Assembly (NCBI GenBank): GCA_035536185.1
Contig: DATLOM010000018.1
Span: 135,865 to 199,864, forward strand
Source: Acidimicrobiales bacterium
Lineage (GTDB): Bacteria > Actinomycetota > Acidimicrobiia > Acidimicrobiales > GCA-2861595
Reading direction: 5' to 3'
Length of the DNA: 64,000 bases
Each line of letters starts with the position of its first letter. Position 1 is the first letter of the stretch. Positions 43,086 through 52,005 of this stretch are shown here, one piece after another. Below the pieces are notes generated by a model. The model worked only from the letters and a program-made list of their open reading frames with translations, was not told the origin of the DNA and did no database searches. Made by a program: the position numbers and the translations under genes.

Positions 43086-43441
43086 CTCAGCACTCCCTTG
43101 CGCCAGGCGTAGATCAGGCCCAGGGCGAGGATGAAGATGAAGATGAGCATCTCCACCAGCCCGAAGACCCCCAGAGCCTCCAGCTGGATGGCCCAGGGGA
43201 AGATGAACACGGCCTCCACGTCGAACATGACGAACAGCAGGGCGAAGATGTAGTAGCGCACCTGGCTCTGGGACCAACCGGTGCCGACGGGGTCGACGCC
43301 GCTCTCGTAGGAGATGTACTTCTGGGGCTGCGGACGGGTCGGGCGCAGGAGGCTGCCGGCCCCCAGCATGGCCCCCACCATGGCCACCGCGGCACAACCG
43401 AAGATGAGGACGCTGAGATAGCCCCGGAGGAACTGCGACAT
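43076..43441 (-). CDS. nuoA: NADH-quinone oxidoreductase subunit A
   Basis: 121 aa with three transmembrane segments. It shows YESGVDPVG and [12 protein letters not shown]. Confidence 0.9.
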   Translation of the reverse strand: MSQFLRGYLSVLIFGCAAVAMVGAMLGAGSLLRPTRPQPQKYISYESGVDPVGTGWSQSQVRYYIFALLFVMFDVEAVFIFPWAIQLEALGVFGLVEMLIFIFILALGLIYAWRKGVLRWV

Positions 43442-43736
43442 CGCGGCGGGAGCCTAACCGCATGGTTTCTGGACCTGCCACACCCGACCCCGGCGGCCAC
43501 GCAGTGGCGTCCACCGACACGAGGTCGGTGTGGCGATTTCGTGCATTACCACGCTGAGTGATGGGTCGAGCCGCATCAGTGGGGTTTTGCCCTGCAAACA
43601 ACGTAGTGAAAGTCACCCAAAGAGGGGTTCCATCCCACCACTGGGGGCGCGAAGTTAGGTACAGGTTCCGAAGAGCCATGTCGGGTTGTGGCCCAGGCGT
43701 GGTGCGAGACACTGACCAACACCACTGAGGGCACAC

Positions 43737-45185
43737 GTGACACTGGCGACCAGAGCGAAAAGACAATCACCCGGCTTTCGCTGGAACCCCCCCTTCCGGC
43801 GGGCGGCGGGTGTGGTCGAGGTGGACTTCGAGACGCCACCGAGGGCGCGGGCACGGTCGGGACAGCGGCTTGCCGTCGTTCGGCTGCTCCCGGTCCTGTT
43901 GGACTCGGCCTGCCTGGCCGTTGCGTGGCTGGCCGTCGTCGCCGTGCTGGGAACGCCGAGCTCGATGGAGACGGCGTCGTTCACCGGTTTCGCCATCGCC
44001 TCGATGATCGTCGCCGGCCTCATCCACGCCTTCATGGGGCTGTACGCCGCAGGTCCCGCCGCCCTGGGCATCATCGACGTCACCAACGTCGTACGCGCCT
44101 CGCTGGGCTGGGGCACCCTCGCCGCCGGCGCCGCGTTCCTGATCGAGCCGCCCATCCCGCAGGCATGGGTGGCCCTGTCCTGCCTCTTCGGCTGCGTGCT
44201 CGTCGCCGCCACCAGGCGGGCCCTGTGGCACTGGTGCCCCGACCACGGCAAGAGCCTGTACGGCCGCCCTTCACCGGCCGATCCGGACGTTCGCCTGGGG
44301 TACGACATGGGCCGCCTCCGGAAGCGCTACATGGTGATCGCGGCCATGGGAGGACGGCGGCAGCGTTGCCAGGAGGTGCTCAAGCGGGGCGTCGACCTCG
44401 TCCTGACGCCCGTGATCATCGCCTTCACGTTGCCGGTCATGGCTGTGGCCGCGCTCGTGATCCTCGTGAGCGAGGGCCGGCCCATCCTGTTCCGCCAGCG
44501 CAGGGTCGGGCGCAACGGGGTCCCGTTCACCATCTTCAAGTTCCGCACGATGGTGCCGGATGCCGAGAAGCAGCTGATCGACCTGCGCGAGCTCAACGAG
44601 CGGGACGGTCCCCTGTTCAAGCTGACCCACGATCCGAGGGTCACCCGTACCGGCCGGCTCCTCCGAGAATCGAGCATCGACGAGCTGCCCCAGCTGTTCA
44701 ACGTCCTCGTCGGGACCATGAGCCTCGTCGGGCCCCGGCCGGCGCTGGCGGACGAGACCGAGCTGTTCGAAGCGGACCTGCTGCGCCGGCACCACCTTCG
44801 CCCCGGGATCACCGGGCTCTGGCAGGTGCGCTCGCGGGACGACGCTTCCTTCGAGTCCTACCGGTACCTCGACCTCTGCTACCTGGAGAACTGGTCCGTC
44901 CTGACCGACATGGTCATCCTCTTCGCCACTGTGCCCGCCGTCCTCCGCCGTGGCTGGAGCCTCCTCCTGCGGGCGGCACCGGGCAACTCGTTCTCGGCAG
45001 GACGGCGCCTCATGGTCAGGCTCGGCCGTCGCCCGCAGGATGACGGTGGCGTCCTTGCTCCGGCCGGAGCGTCTCTCTTCCCCGCCGCCACCGCTTCAGC
45101 ACCGGGGGTGCGCGAGGTGATCCTGAGCTCGAGCCTGGACGTGGCCCTTCCTATGAACGAGGCGGGGCTCAGCCAAGGACGGTGA
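43737..45185 (+). CDS. Polyprenyl-phosphate sugar phosphotransferase (WbaP / Bac_transf-type priming enzyme)
   Basis: It has N-terminal transmembrane segments. It shows [54 protein letters not shown] and [10 protein letters not shown]. Confidence 0.85.
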   Translation: MTLATRAKRQSPGFRWNPPFRRAAGVVEVDFETPPRARARSGQRLAVVRLLPVLLDSACLAVAWLAVVAVLGTPSSMETASFTGFAIASMIVAGLIHAFMGLYAAGPAALGIIDVTNVVRASLGWGTLAAGAAFLIEPPIPQAWVALSCLFGCVLVAATRRALWHWCPDHGKSLYGRPSPADPDVRLGYDMGRLRKRYMVIAAMGGRRQRCQEVLKRGVDLVLTPVIIAFTLPVMAVAALVILVSEGRPILFRQRRVGRNGVPFTIFKFRTMVPDAEKQLIDLRELNERDGPLFKLTHDPRVTRTGRLLRESSIDELPQLFNVLVGTMSLVGPRPALADETELFEADLLRRHHLRPGITGLWQVRSRDDASFESYRYLDLCYLENWSVLTDMVILFATVPAVLRRGWSLLLRAAPGNSFSAGRRLMVRLGRRPQDDGGVLAPAGASLFPAATASAPGVREVILSSSLDVALPMNEAGLSQGR

Positions 45186-47109
45186 CGGCGACGACGGGGC
45201 TGGGCGGCGGGTTGCTGCCGAGGGAGCCGTCGAAAGGCTTGTCGCTGAACACGAAGGCACCGCCGTCGGCCGCCACCAGCAGGTAGCCGTTGCCGTAGCT
45301 GACCATCCCGCTGACCGGCTTGTTCAGGCGGAGGTCGCCGAGCGAGCCCCTGAACGGGGCACTGAAGGCGAACACACCTCCGTCGGAGGCCACCATGTAG
45401 TAGCCGTCACCGTCGGGGTCGGGTACGAGCGACTGGACCGGGGCGTTCAGGCGCTTGCCGCCCATCGACCCGTGGAACGCGGCGGCGCCGAAGGCGAAGG
45501 TGCCCCCGTCGGAAGCGACCATGTAGTAGCCGTCACCGCGGGAGGTGGTGACCGAGTCCCGGATCGGCCCGTTCAGCGGCTTTCCCGCCATGTCGCCGAA
45601 GTGGGTCGCGTCGCCAAAGGTGAGCACCCGGCCTTTGGTGGTGAACATCCAGTAGCCGTTGCCGCTCCTGGTCCTCGACAGCGACGTGACGGACTCGCCG
45701 GCAGAGAGGGGCGTGGCATTTCCGTGCCAACGGGCGGTGCCGAACGCGAAGACCCGGCCGGCGGTGTCGACGACCCAGTACCCGTCCCCCCCGCTGGTGG
45801 CCTCGATGTCCACCGCGTTGGCATCCCTAACCGGGGCGTTGCCAAGGTAGGGGGCGGCGCCGAAGGCGTAGACGGCACCCTTCTGAGCCACCATCCAGTA
45901 GCCCGACCGGCCCGAAGAGGGCCGGGCGCCGATGGATCCCCCGGAGAGCAGTGCGGGCTCGCCGAACGGCGGTGCCAGCGCCACCCGGGGGGTGCCGCCG
46001 CCACCGATGCTGCCGGGGCCGTTGTTCGTGACGTGGTGGAGCTGGTCGAAGAGGCGGTTCATGTCCCGGTTCCAGGCGGTGTCGGACCAGCCTGAGTTCG
46101 AATAGGTCGACATGTTGATGCCGGCGGCGGCCATCTCGGCCTTGACGCCGTGCTCGACGTTGAGCAGGTTCTGGCCCCAGCCGGTGTCGAACCCGGAGTT
46201 GTCCACGACGTAGGAGCCGTAGTTCTGCCACGCCTCGGCCAGCTTGCGGGCGGGGCCGGTCTCCAGACCGAGGGAGTTGATGTCGACCCAGCCCGGGATG
46301 GAGAGCAGCGATCCCATCTTGAGGATCGGGGTGTAGCCGCGGGCGTTGACGCCGTAGTTCTGTCCGGTGTTGTTCGAGTCGGCGGCGTAGGCCGGCCACT
46401 GGTAGGCGTTGCGGTCCGCTTCACGGGTGCCCCACCGGCTCATGTCGACGGTCAACTTGGTGACGTGGCGGATCGGGGCGACACCGGTCAGCTCCCCTCG
46501 GCGGATGCTGCCGCCGACGCCGCTCAGACCGGAGCCGCCGTGGCCGCCGAAGAACGACGACGGCCGGCCGTTGCCGTAGAGGTCGAGGGTGCTGCGAAGG
46601 CCGTCGCCGGTGAGGCTGGCCGGGCCTCCGGCGTCGCACCGGGACAGGTAGTTGAACTCCCGGATGGTCCGCCCGTCGGCCAGCAGGGCTCCGCCGGCCA
46701 GGTTGGGCATCTTGCCCTCCCAGCTCCCGTCACCGGGGGCCACCACGTAGTCATCGGGGATGGGAAGGGAGACGCCGCTGCTGGCGTCGCCACTCTGGTG
46801 GCAACGGGCCGGCCAGGCGTGGGTGTGCACCGGCCGCAGCGGGCTGGACGGCGCCATGACGATCGGGTTGGAGTCGGTTCCGTACCCGTTTGGCGGCTGG
46901 AAGAAGTTCGGATCGGCGAAGGTCGCCCCCGAGCCCACGGGCATGTTCCAGATGCTGTCGGATGAGAACGGCCAGGCGTAGGGGTTCCGGGCGGTGGGAT
47001 CGGCCGCCGCTGCGGTCGGGGAGAGGCTCAGCCCGACGAGGCCGGAGATGAGGGTGAGGGCGGCGGCGAGCAGCGCGATGCCGGCATGCCGGCGGGGGGG
47101 CGATTGCAT
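45169..47109 (-). CDS. Secreted protein: uncharacterised ~370-aa domain (paralogue 1) plus six C-terminal ~41-aa beta-propeller-like repeats
   Basis: It has a signal peptide and the conserved block NPYAWPFSSDSIWNMPVGSGATF...GGGGTPRVALAPP. The repeats have the form (D/N)GY(W/Y)xVxxDGGxFAFGxAxFxGS. Confidence 0.7.
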   Translation of the reverse strand: MQSPPRRHAGIALLAAALTLISGLVGLSLSPTAAAADPTARNPYAWPFSSDSIWNMPVGSGATFADPNFFQPPNGYGTDSNPIVMAPSSPLRPVHTHAWPARCHQSGDASSGVSLPIPDDYVVAPGDGSWEGKMPNLAGGALLADGRTIREFNYLSRCDAGGPASLTGDGLRSTLDLYGNGRPSSFFGGHGGSGLSGVGGSIRRGELTGVAPIRHVTKLTVDMSRWGTREADRNAYQWPAYAADSNNTGQNYGVNARGYTPILKMGSLLSIPGWVDINSLGLETGPARKLAEAWQNYGSYVVDNSGFDTGWGQNLLNVEHGVKAEMAAAGINMSTYSNSGWSDTAWNRDMNRLFDQLHHVTNNGPGSIGGGGTPRVALAPPFGEPALLSGGSIGARPSSGRSGYWMVAQKGAVYAFGAAPYLGNAPVRDANAVDIEATSGGDGYWVVDTAGRVFAFGTARWHGNATPLSAGESVTSLSRTRSGNGYWMFTTKGRVLTFGDATHFGDMAGKPLNGPIRDSVTTSRGDGYYMVASDGGTFAFGAAAFHGSMGGKRLNAPVQSLVPDPDGDGYYMVASDGGVFAFSAPFRGSLGDLRLNKPVSGMVSYGNGYLLVAADGGAFVFSDKPFDGSLGSNPPPSPVVAVTVLG

Positions 47110-47133
47110 GGTCTTGGCTCCAGCGGGACCAGG

Positions 47134-47220
47134 ACCGGTCGGTTTCGGTAGTCCGGCTAGGTCAATGACCCCCGTGACTTTGCGCCTCCGCCTCGCGACG
47201 GATTTGCCGGTTCGACCGAT
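47134..47220 (-). ncRNA. Candidate c-di-GMP-I (GEMM-I) riboswitch aptamer, copy A
   Basis: The minus strand reads AUCGGUCGAACCGGCAAAUCCGUC-GCGA-GGCGGAGGCGCAAAGUCACGGGGGUCAUUGACCUAGCCGGACUACCGAAACCGACCGGU. It contains GGCAAA, a GNRA-capped hairpin, CGCAAAG, a second hairpin, and an 8-bp closing helix. It ends 24 nt upstream of ATG 47109. Confidence 0.6.
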
Positions 47221-47308
47221 CTAACGGACGTTTCTTCAGCCTTGATCGACAGGTGCAGCGAGGGGCTTTAGCGGGCGATCCCGGACGTGGTTCGTCCATC
47301 GGAGGTGT

Positions 47309-48985
47309 TCATCGGCTCGACTGCTTCTTGAGCCTGGGCGCCTTCGTGGTCGTGGTGGTGGCCGGCATCGTGGTCGTGGTCGTGGTCGTCGTCGTGGCGA
47401 TCGTCGGAATCGTCGTGGTCGTGGTCGTGGTCGTGGTGGTGGTCGTCACCACCGCGTCCGCTCGGGTGAAGCCGGCCTCGGCGTAGAAAACGTTCCCGTT
47501 GGTCAGGGTCATCCGGGCACCGATCCGGTGGGTGCCCAGCGACAGTTGCCTCAGCGGGGTCGCCAGACTGGTGCTCTGCTCGAAGTCGTAAGGCGTGGCC
47601 GCCTCCGATCGGGTATCGACGCCGTCGAGCGTGAAGCTCACCGCGGTTACGCCCGGATCGTTCACGAAGACATAGGTCTGGCTGTCGACGGCGGTGTCCC
47701 GGAGGGCTCGCCCGTTGCTGCGGTCGGCGTTGTCGCTGACCCTGATCAGGTCGACCATGTCGACGGGAGCAGTGGTTGTCGGAGCCGGCGTGGTCGTCGT
47801 GGTCGTGGTCACGTCCGGTGCCGGGCTCGACGCTGTGGCGAACGGCGGCGCCAGGGCCACCCGGGGGGTGCCGCCGCCGCCCACGGTGGCCGCGCTGTTG
47901 TTGGTGACGTGGCGGAGCTGGTCGAAGAGGCGGTTCATGTCCCGGTTCCAGGCCGTGTTGGCCCAACCCGAGCTCGCGTAGGTCGACATGTCGATGCCGG
48001 CGGCGGCCATCTCGGCCTTGACGCCGTGCTCGACGTTCAGCAGGTTCTGCCCCCAGCCGGTGTCGAAGCCGGAGTTGTCCACGATGTAGGAGCCGTAGTC
48101 CTGCCAGGCCTGGGCCAGCTTGCGGGCCGGTCCGGTCTCCAGGCCGATGGCGTTGACATCCACCCAACCCGGGATGGACAGCAGCGACCCCATCTTGAGG
48201 ATCGGGGTGTAGCCGCTGGCGTTGACGCCGTAGGTCTGGCCGGTGTTCTCGGAGTCGGCGGCATAGGCGGGCCACTGGTAGGCGTTGCGGCCCCCTTCAC
48301 GGGTGCCCCACCGGCTCATGTCGACGGTCAACTTGGTGGCGTGGCGGATCGGCTCGGCACCGGTGAGCTCACCCCGGCGGATGCTGCCCCCGACCCCGCT
48401 CAGCCCTGAGCCGCCGTGGCCGCCGAAGAACGAGGACGGCCGGCCGTTGCCGTAGAGGTCGAGGGTGCTGCGCAGCCCGTCGCCCGTGAGGCTGATCGGA
48501 CCTCCGGCGCTGCAGCGGGAGAGGTAGTTGAACTCACGGATGGTGCGCCCGTCGCCCAGCAGGATCCCACCCGCCAGGTTGGGCATGTTGCCCTCCCAGC
48601 TGCCGTCGCCGGGGGCCACGATGTAGCCGTCGGGGATCGGGAGTGACACTCCGCTGTAGGTGTCGCCACTCTGGTAACAGCGGGCCGGCCAGGCGTGGGT
48701 GTGGACCGGCCGCAGCGGGCTGGACGGCGCCATGACGATCGGGTTCGAGTCGGTGCCGTACCCGTTGGGCGGCTGGAAGAAGTTCGGGTCCGAGAAGGTC
48801 GCTCCCGAACCGACCGGCATGTTCCAGATGCTGTCGGATGAGAACGGCCAGGTGTACGGGTTGCGACTGGTAGCCTCGGCGGCAGCTCCCGTCTGGGAGA
48901 GGTTCAACCCGACCAGCCCCGAAGCAAGGGTGAGGAGGGCAGCGAACACCGGAACGCCCGAACGGCGGCGGGTGGGCGATTGCAT
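47309..48985 (-). CDS. Secreted protein: the same ~370-aa domain (paralogue 2), then a poly-Thr linker, a ~110-aa domain and a poly-Thr tail
   Basis: It has a signal peptide and the block NPYTWPFSSDSIWNMPVGSGATF...GGGGTPRVALAPP, followed by TTTTTTTPAPTTT. The C-terminus is TTTTTTTTTTTTIPTIATTTTTTTTTMPATTTTTKAPRLKKQSSR. Confidence 0.7.
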   Translation of the reverse strand: MQSPTRRRSGVPVFAALLTLASGLVGLNLSQTGAAAEATSRNPYTWPFSSDSIWNMPVGSGATFSDPNFFQPPNGYGTDSNPIVMAPSSPLRPVHTHAWPARCYQSGDTYSGVSLPIPDGYIVAPGDGSWEGNMPNLAGGILLGDGRTIREFNYLSRCSAGGPISLTGDGLRSTLDLYGNGRPSSFFGGHGGSGLSGVGGSIRRGELTGAEPIRHATKLTVDMSRWGTREGGRNAYQWPAYAADSENTGQTYGVNASGYTPILKMGSLLSIPGWVDVNAIGLETGPARKLAQAWQDYGSYIVDNSGFDTGWGQNLLNVEHGVKAEMAAAGIDMSTYASSGWANTAWNRDMNRLFDQLRHVTNNSAATVGGGGTPRVALAPPFATASSPAPDVTTTTTTTPAPTTTAPVDMVDLIRVSDNADRSNGRALRDTAVDSQTYVFVNDPGVTAVSFTLDGVDTRSEAATPYDFEQSTSLATPLRQLSLGTHRIGARMTLTNGNVFYAEAGFTRADAVVTTTTTTTTTTTTIPTIATTTTTTTTTMPATTTTTKAPRLKKQSSR

Positions 48986-49009
48986 GGTCTTGGCTCCAAA
49001 GGGACCAGG

Positions 49010-49096
49010 ACCGGTCGGTTTCGGTAGTCCGGCTGGGTACGAGACCTCCGTGACTTTGCGTCTCCGCCTCGCGACGGATTTGCCGGTTCGACCGAT
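49010..49096 (-). ncRNA. Candidate c-di-GMP-I (GEMM-I) riboswitch aptamer, copy B
   Basis: It is near-identical to copy A. It has GACGCAAAG instead of GGCGCAAAG and a different apical sequence in hairpin 2. It sits at the same 24-nt distance from ATG 48985. Confidence 0.6.
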
Positions 49097-49202
49097 CTAA
49101 GCGGGCGGGACCTCGTCTCCATCGGCCGGCGCTCGGTGGTGCTTGAGCGCGACGTTCCCGCTGAGCCAACGTGCGTAAGGGCCCCCGTAGCGGAACGGAA
49201 GA

Positions 49203-50705
49203 TCAGGGATGCGTCGCGGGCTCCGGCACCGATGTCGTGGCGATACGCACCTGCCACGCCGGATTGCGGCTGAGGGCCCATGCAAGGGGCACGCACAGGT
49301 ACCACTGCACCACCGGCTGGGCCAGCAGGTTCTCCGACGAGCACTGGACGACGAACGCGGCAAATGCGGCGGCGGCGCCGACGACCACGCCTCGATTGAT
49401 CCCCGCCGGCAGGGCCCGCAGCGCCCGCCTCAGCTCGAAGGTCACGGCCAGGAAGAAGGCCACAAGAGCGAGTAGCCCGGCGGCCCCGGTCTCGACGACT
49501 GCCTGGACGAAAACGTTGTGGGGAGGAAGCTTGTATGCGGTACGGCGCTCCACGACGTTGAGCCCGATACCTGTGATCGGCCCGTCCGACGTGAAGGGCA
49601 GTACGTCCTGCCAGTACTGGATCCGCCATGACAACGAGTCGGGGTCGCCGATCACCGAACCGGAGTCGCCGCCGAGGTCAGCCAGGCGGCTGGCCGCCGA
49701 CGGAACGGCCAGCAGGACGACGGCAGTGCCCGCGATCACGAGCCAGATGAGGCGCCGGTCCTGGAGCCATCCGATGAGCATCACGCCGACGAAGGCCGCC
49801 GCCCAAGCTCCCCTGGCATAGGTGAAGAACAGCAGGAACCCCGACGCGCCGGCCACGGTCACGATCCCGACGCGGACGAAGCGGCGGACGTGGGGCAACA
49901 GAGCCACCGCCACCGGGAAGAGCATGGTGAGATAGGCGGCGAACACGTTGGGATGGACGAAGGTCCCCTGAATGCGGCCGACGTCGAGGGCCGGACCGTA
50001 GAGCGGGACCTCGGGGACGTTGCCTTGAAGCTGAAGGGCGGCCGTGAAGGCGGGAACGATCATCGAAGCGAAGGTGGCCACGAGGAGACCGGGGAGCCGA
50101 TCGGGCCGGTCGCGCAGCGCCTGCTCGAGGACGATGAGCATGACCGCGGTCGACACCACCCTCAGGGCCGCCTGGAAGCTGACAGTCGGGGCGTCCGAGG
50201 TGACCGAGCTCAGGACGCAGACCCCGGCCAGCGCCACGAAGGCGAGGCTCGAGCGGGAGGAGACGATGGGCAGGCCCGAACGCCAGCGCCGGTAGAGCCA
50301 GACGGCCGAAGCACACAGGATCACCATGCCGAGGACCGTCGACGGTTCGGCGGGGAGAGCAGCCTCTCCGGACTTGAAGTAGTCGAGCCCCGGCCGGCTG
50401 GCGAAGACGATCACGACCGCGGCCCAGAACCGGCTGGCCGCCCAGCGGACGGTCGTGTACCCGACGACCACAGCCAGTATGCCGAAGAGGGGCAGCCCCA
50501 GGCCCGGACGGGAGGCCGAGACGGCGCCGGTGACGACGGACGCGACCACGACGGCTACGGCGAGCATTGGGAGGAACAGACCTGACCGCTCGGCCGCTGC
50601 AGGCGAAGACCCGTTGTCACTCCGGGAGTCGCTATGGCCGCCCGCACCACCGCTTCGGGAGGCTCTGAACGCCTGCGTGGTGGGCGCCCCGCCTGTCGGG
50701 CTCAC
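49203..50705 (-). CDS. O-antigen ligase / Wzy-like polymerase family membrane protein (start uncertain)
   Basis: It has about 10 or more hydrophobic segments. The motif FLLFFTYARGAWAAAFVGV is typical of Wzy_C proteins. Confidence 0.6.
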   Translation of the reverse strand: MSPTGGAPTTQAFRASRSGGAGGHSDSRSDNGSSPAAAERSGLFLPMLAVAVVVASVVTGAVSASRPGLGLPLFGILAVVVGYTTVRWAASRFWAAVVIVFASRPGLDYFKSGEAALPAEPSTVLGMVILCASAVWLYRRWRSGLPIVSSRSSLAFVALAGVCVLSSVTSDAPTVSFQAALRVVSTAVMLIVLEQALRDRPDRLPGLLVATFASMIVPAFTAALQLQGNVPEVPLYGPALDVGRIQGTFVHPNVFAAYLTMLFPVAVALLPHVRRFVRVGIVTVAGASGFLLFFTYARGAWAAAFVGVMLIGWLQDRRLIWLVIAGTAVVLLAVPSAASRLADLGGDSGSVIGDPDSLSWRIQYWQDVLPFTSDGPITGIGLNVVERRTAYKLPPHNVFVQAVVETGAAGLLALVAFFLAVTFELRRALRALPAGINRGVVVGAAAAFAAFVVQCSSENLLAQPVVQWYLCVPLAWALSRNPAWQVRIATTSVPEPATHP

Positions 50706-50748
50706 AGGAAAACGGCCCGGTCAGCGGGCGGCGTCGGCCGCCGACCCA

Positions 50749-51735
50749 TCACGCCTCATCCGCGACCCTCACCGGCTGAGAAGCGACGTCACGGCCCCCG
50801 GGGGGCCACCCGACCACATCGGCCTGCCTTGCCTGGACAGCTTCCGCCCGGCGGCGCTTGCGCCAGTCCAGGAGGGCGAAACCGCCGAGGGTGCCCACCA
50901 CTGTCACCAGCGTCGATCCGACCACCCCCCGAGCGATGGCGGACGTTCGGGAGACGGGCGAAGCTCCCCCGTCCTTCACCAACCCCGGAGTCTCCACGGC
51001 CGCAAGCCTGGCCGTAGCCAGCTGCCGGTCGCTCTCGGCTTTGGCGATGGTCTCCTCTGACCGGTCGAGACGGTTGAGCAGCACGTCACGCCGGGAGCGC
51101 AGGGCGCTCATCTCGGCCAGCTGCGCGACGACCGCGTCCGCCTGGGCACTCGTGGCCGGGTCCGCCCGCAGCGCGGCGAGCCTCCGCCTCTGGTTCTCGT
51201 ACTCGGCGTCGAGGTCGGCGAAGCCGGTGGACTCGTCCAGCGCCGCCAGCTCGTCACGCGTCGCTTGCAGATTGCTGGAAGCCTCCTTCACCTGCGAGTC
51301 CGCGAGGGCCCGGTCCTGCTCGGCCAGAGCTCTGAGGGTGGCCAGGGCCGCCTCTCTCGGAACTCGAGCGGCGATCTCGGGGTCCTCGGAACCTTTGAAG
51401 ACGATGGAGACGATTGTGCCCTGGTTCGCCCGGGAGGAGACGGTGCCGAGCGCTATGTCGAGGGCGGGCACCCCTGTCGACTTGGAAACGGCGTCGGTCG
51501 TCTCGGAAAAGGTGAGGCTGGACTGGAAGGTCGACACGAACGGGTCCATCTCGATCCCGGCCCGCCCGGGATAGAGCTTGGAGAGGAAGACCACCGCCCT
51601 GCCCTCGTACAAGGGAGGAGGGCTGACGATCGTCCCCACGGTCAGCCCGATGCTCAAGGCCGTGACGGCAACGAGGAGAACCCGGCGACGAACCGTGAGG
51701 TTCACCAGAGGAGGGGCTGGAGCCGTGGGGATCAT
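50749..51735 (-). CDS. Wzz-like polysaccharide co-polymerase (chain-length determinant)
   Basis: It has N- and C-terminal transmembrane segments flanking a long coiled-coil region (ALADSQVKEASSNLQATRDELAALD...). There is no kinase domain. Confidence 0.55.
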   Translation of the reverse strand: MIPTAPAPPLVNLTVRRRVLLVAVTALSIGLTVGTIVSPPPLYEGRAVVFLSKLYPGRAGIEMDPFVSTFQSSLTFSETTDAVSKSTGVPALDIALGTVSSRANQGTIVSIVFKGSEDPEIAARVPREAALATLRALAEQDRALADSQVKEASSNLQATRDELAALDESTGFADLDAEYENQRRRLAALRADPATSAQADAVVAQLAEMSALRSRRDVLLNRLDRSEETIAKAESDRQLATARLAAVETPGLVKDGGASPVSRTSAIARGVVGSTLVTVVGTLGGFALLDWRKRRRAEAVQARQADVVGWPPGGRDVASQPVRVADEA

Positions 51736-52005
51736 CGCCGCTCGACCTCGTCCGCTTGGCTCACGTTGTGCACCTGCTCCAACCTTTCAGCACCACCTGG
51801 CGAAGAGCTCGTGCGCCGTCACGCTGCGGCTGACGAACGCGGTACGTCTACCGCCATCAAGCAAGGTACCAGACCTCCCAGTCATCTTTTCTTCGCCTCG
51901 CCGCGCAAAACCGCAAGGTTGTCCTCGAGCCTCGAACCTCGGAGGGCACCACTAGGGTTGCCTGGTGGCTCGGGATCGGCATCAACGGAGGCGGAAGCCG
52001 CGCTG

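Noticed and set aside
43511-43533. The hairpin CACCGAC-ACGAG-GTCGGTG in the nuoA / sugar-transferase divergent region, as a possible regulatory element.
   Set aside because: It is a single short stem with no second copy or known consensus, which is insufficient evidence.
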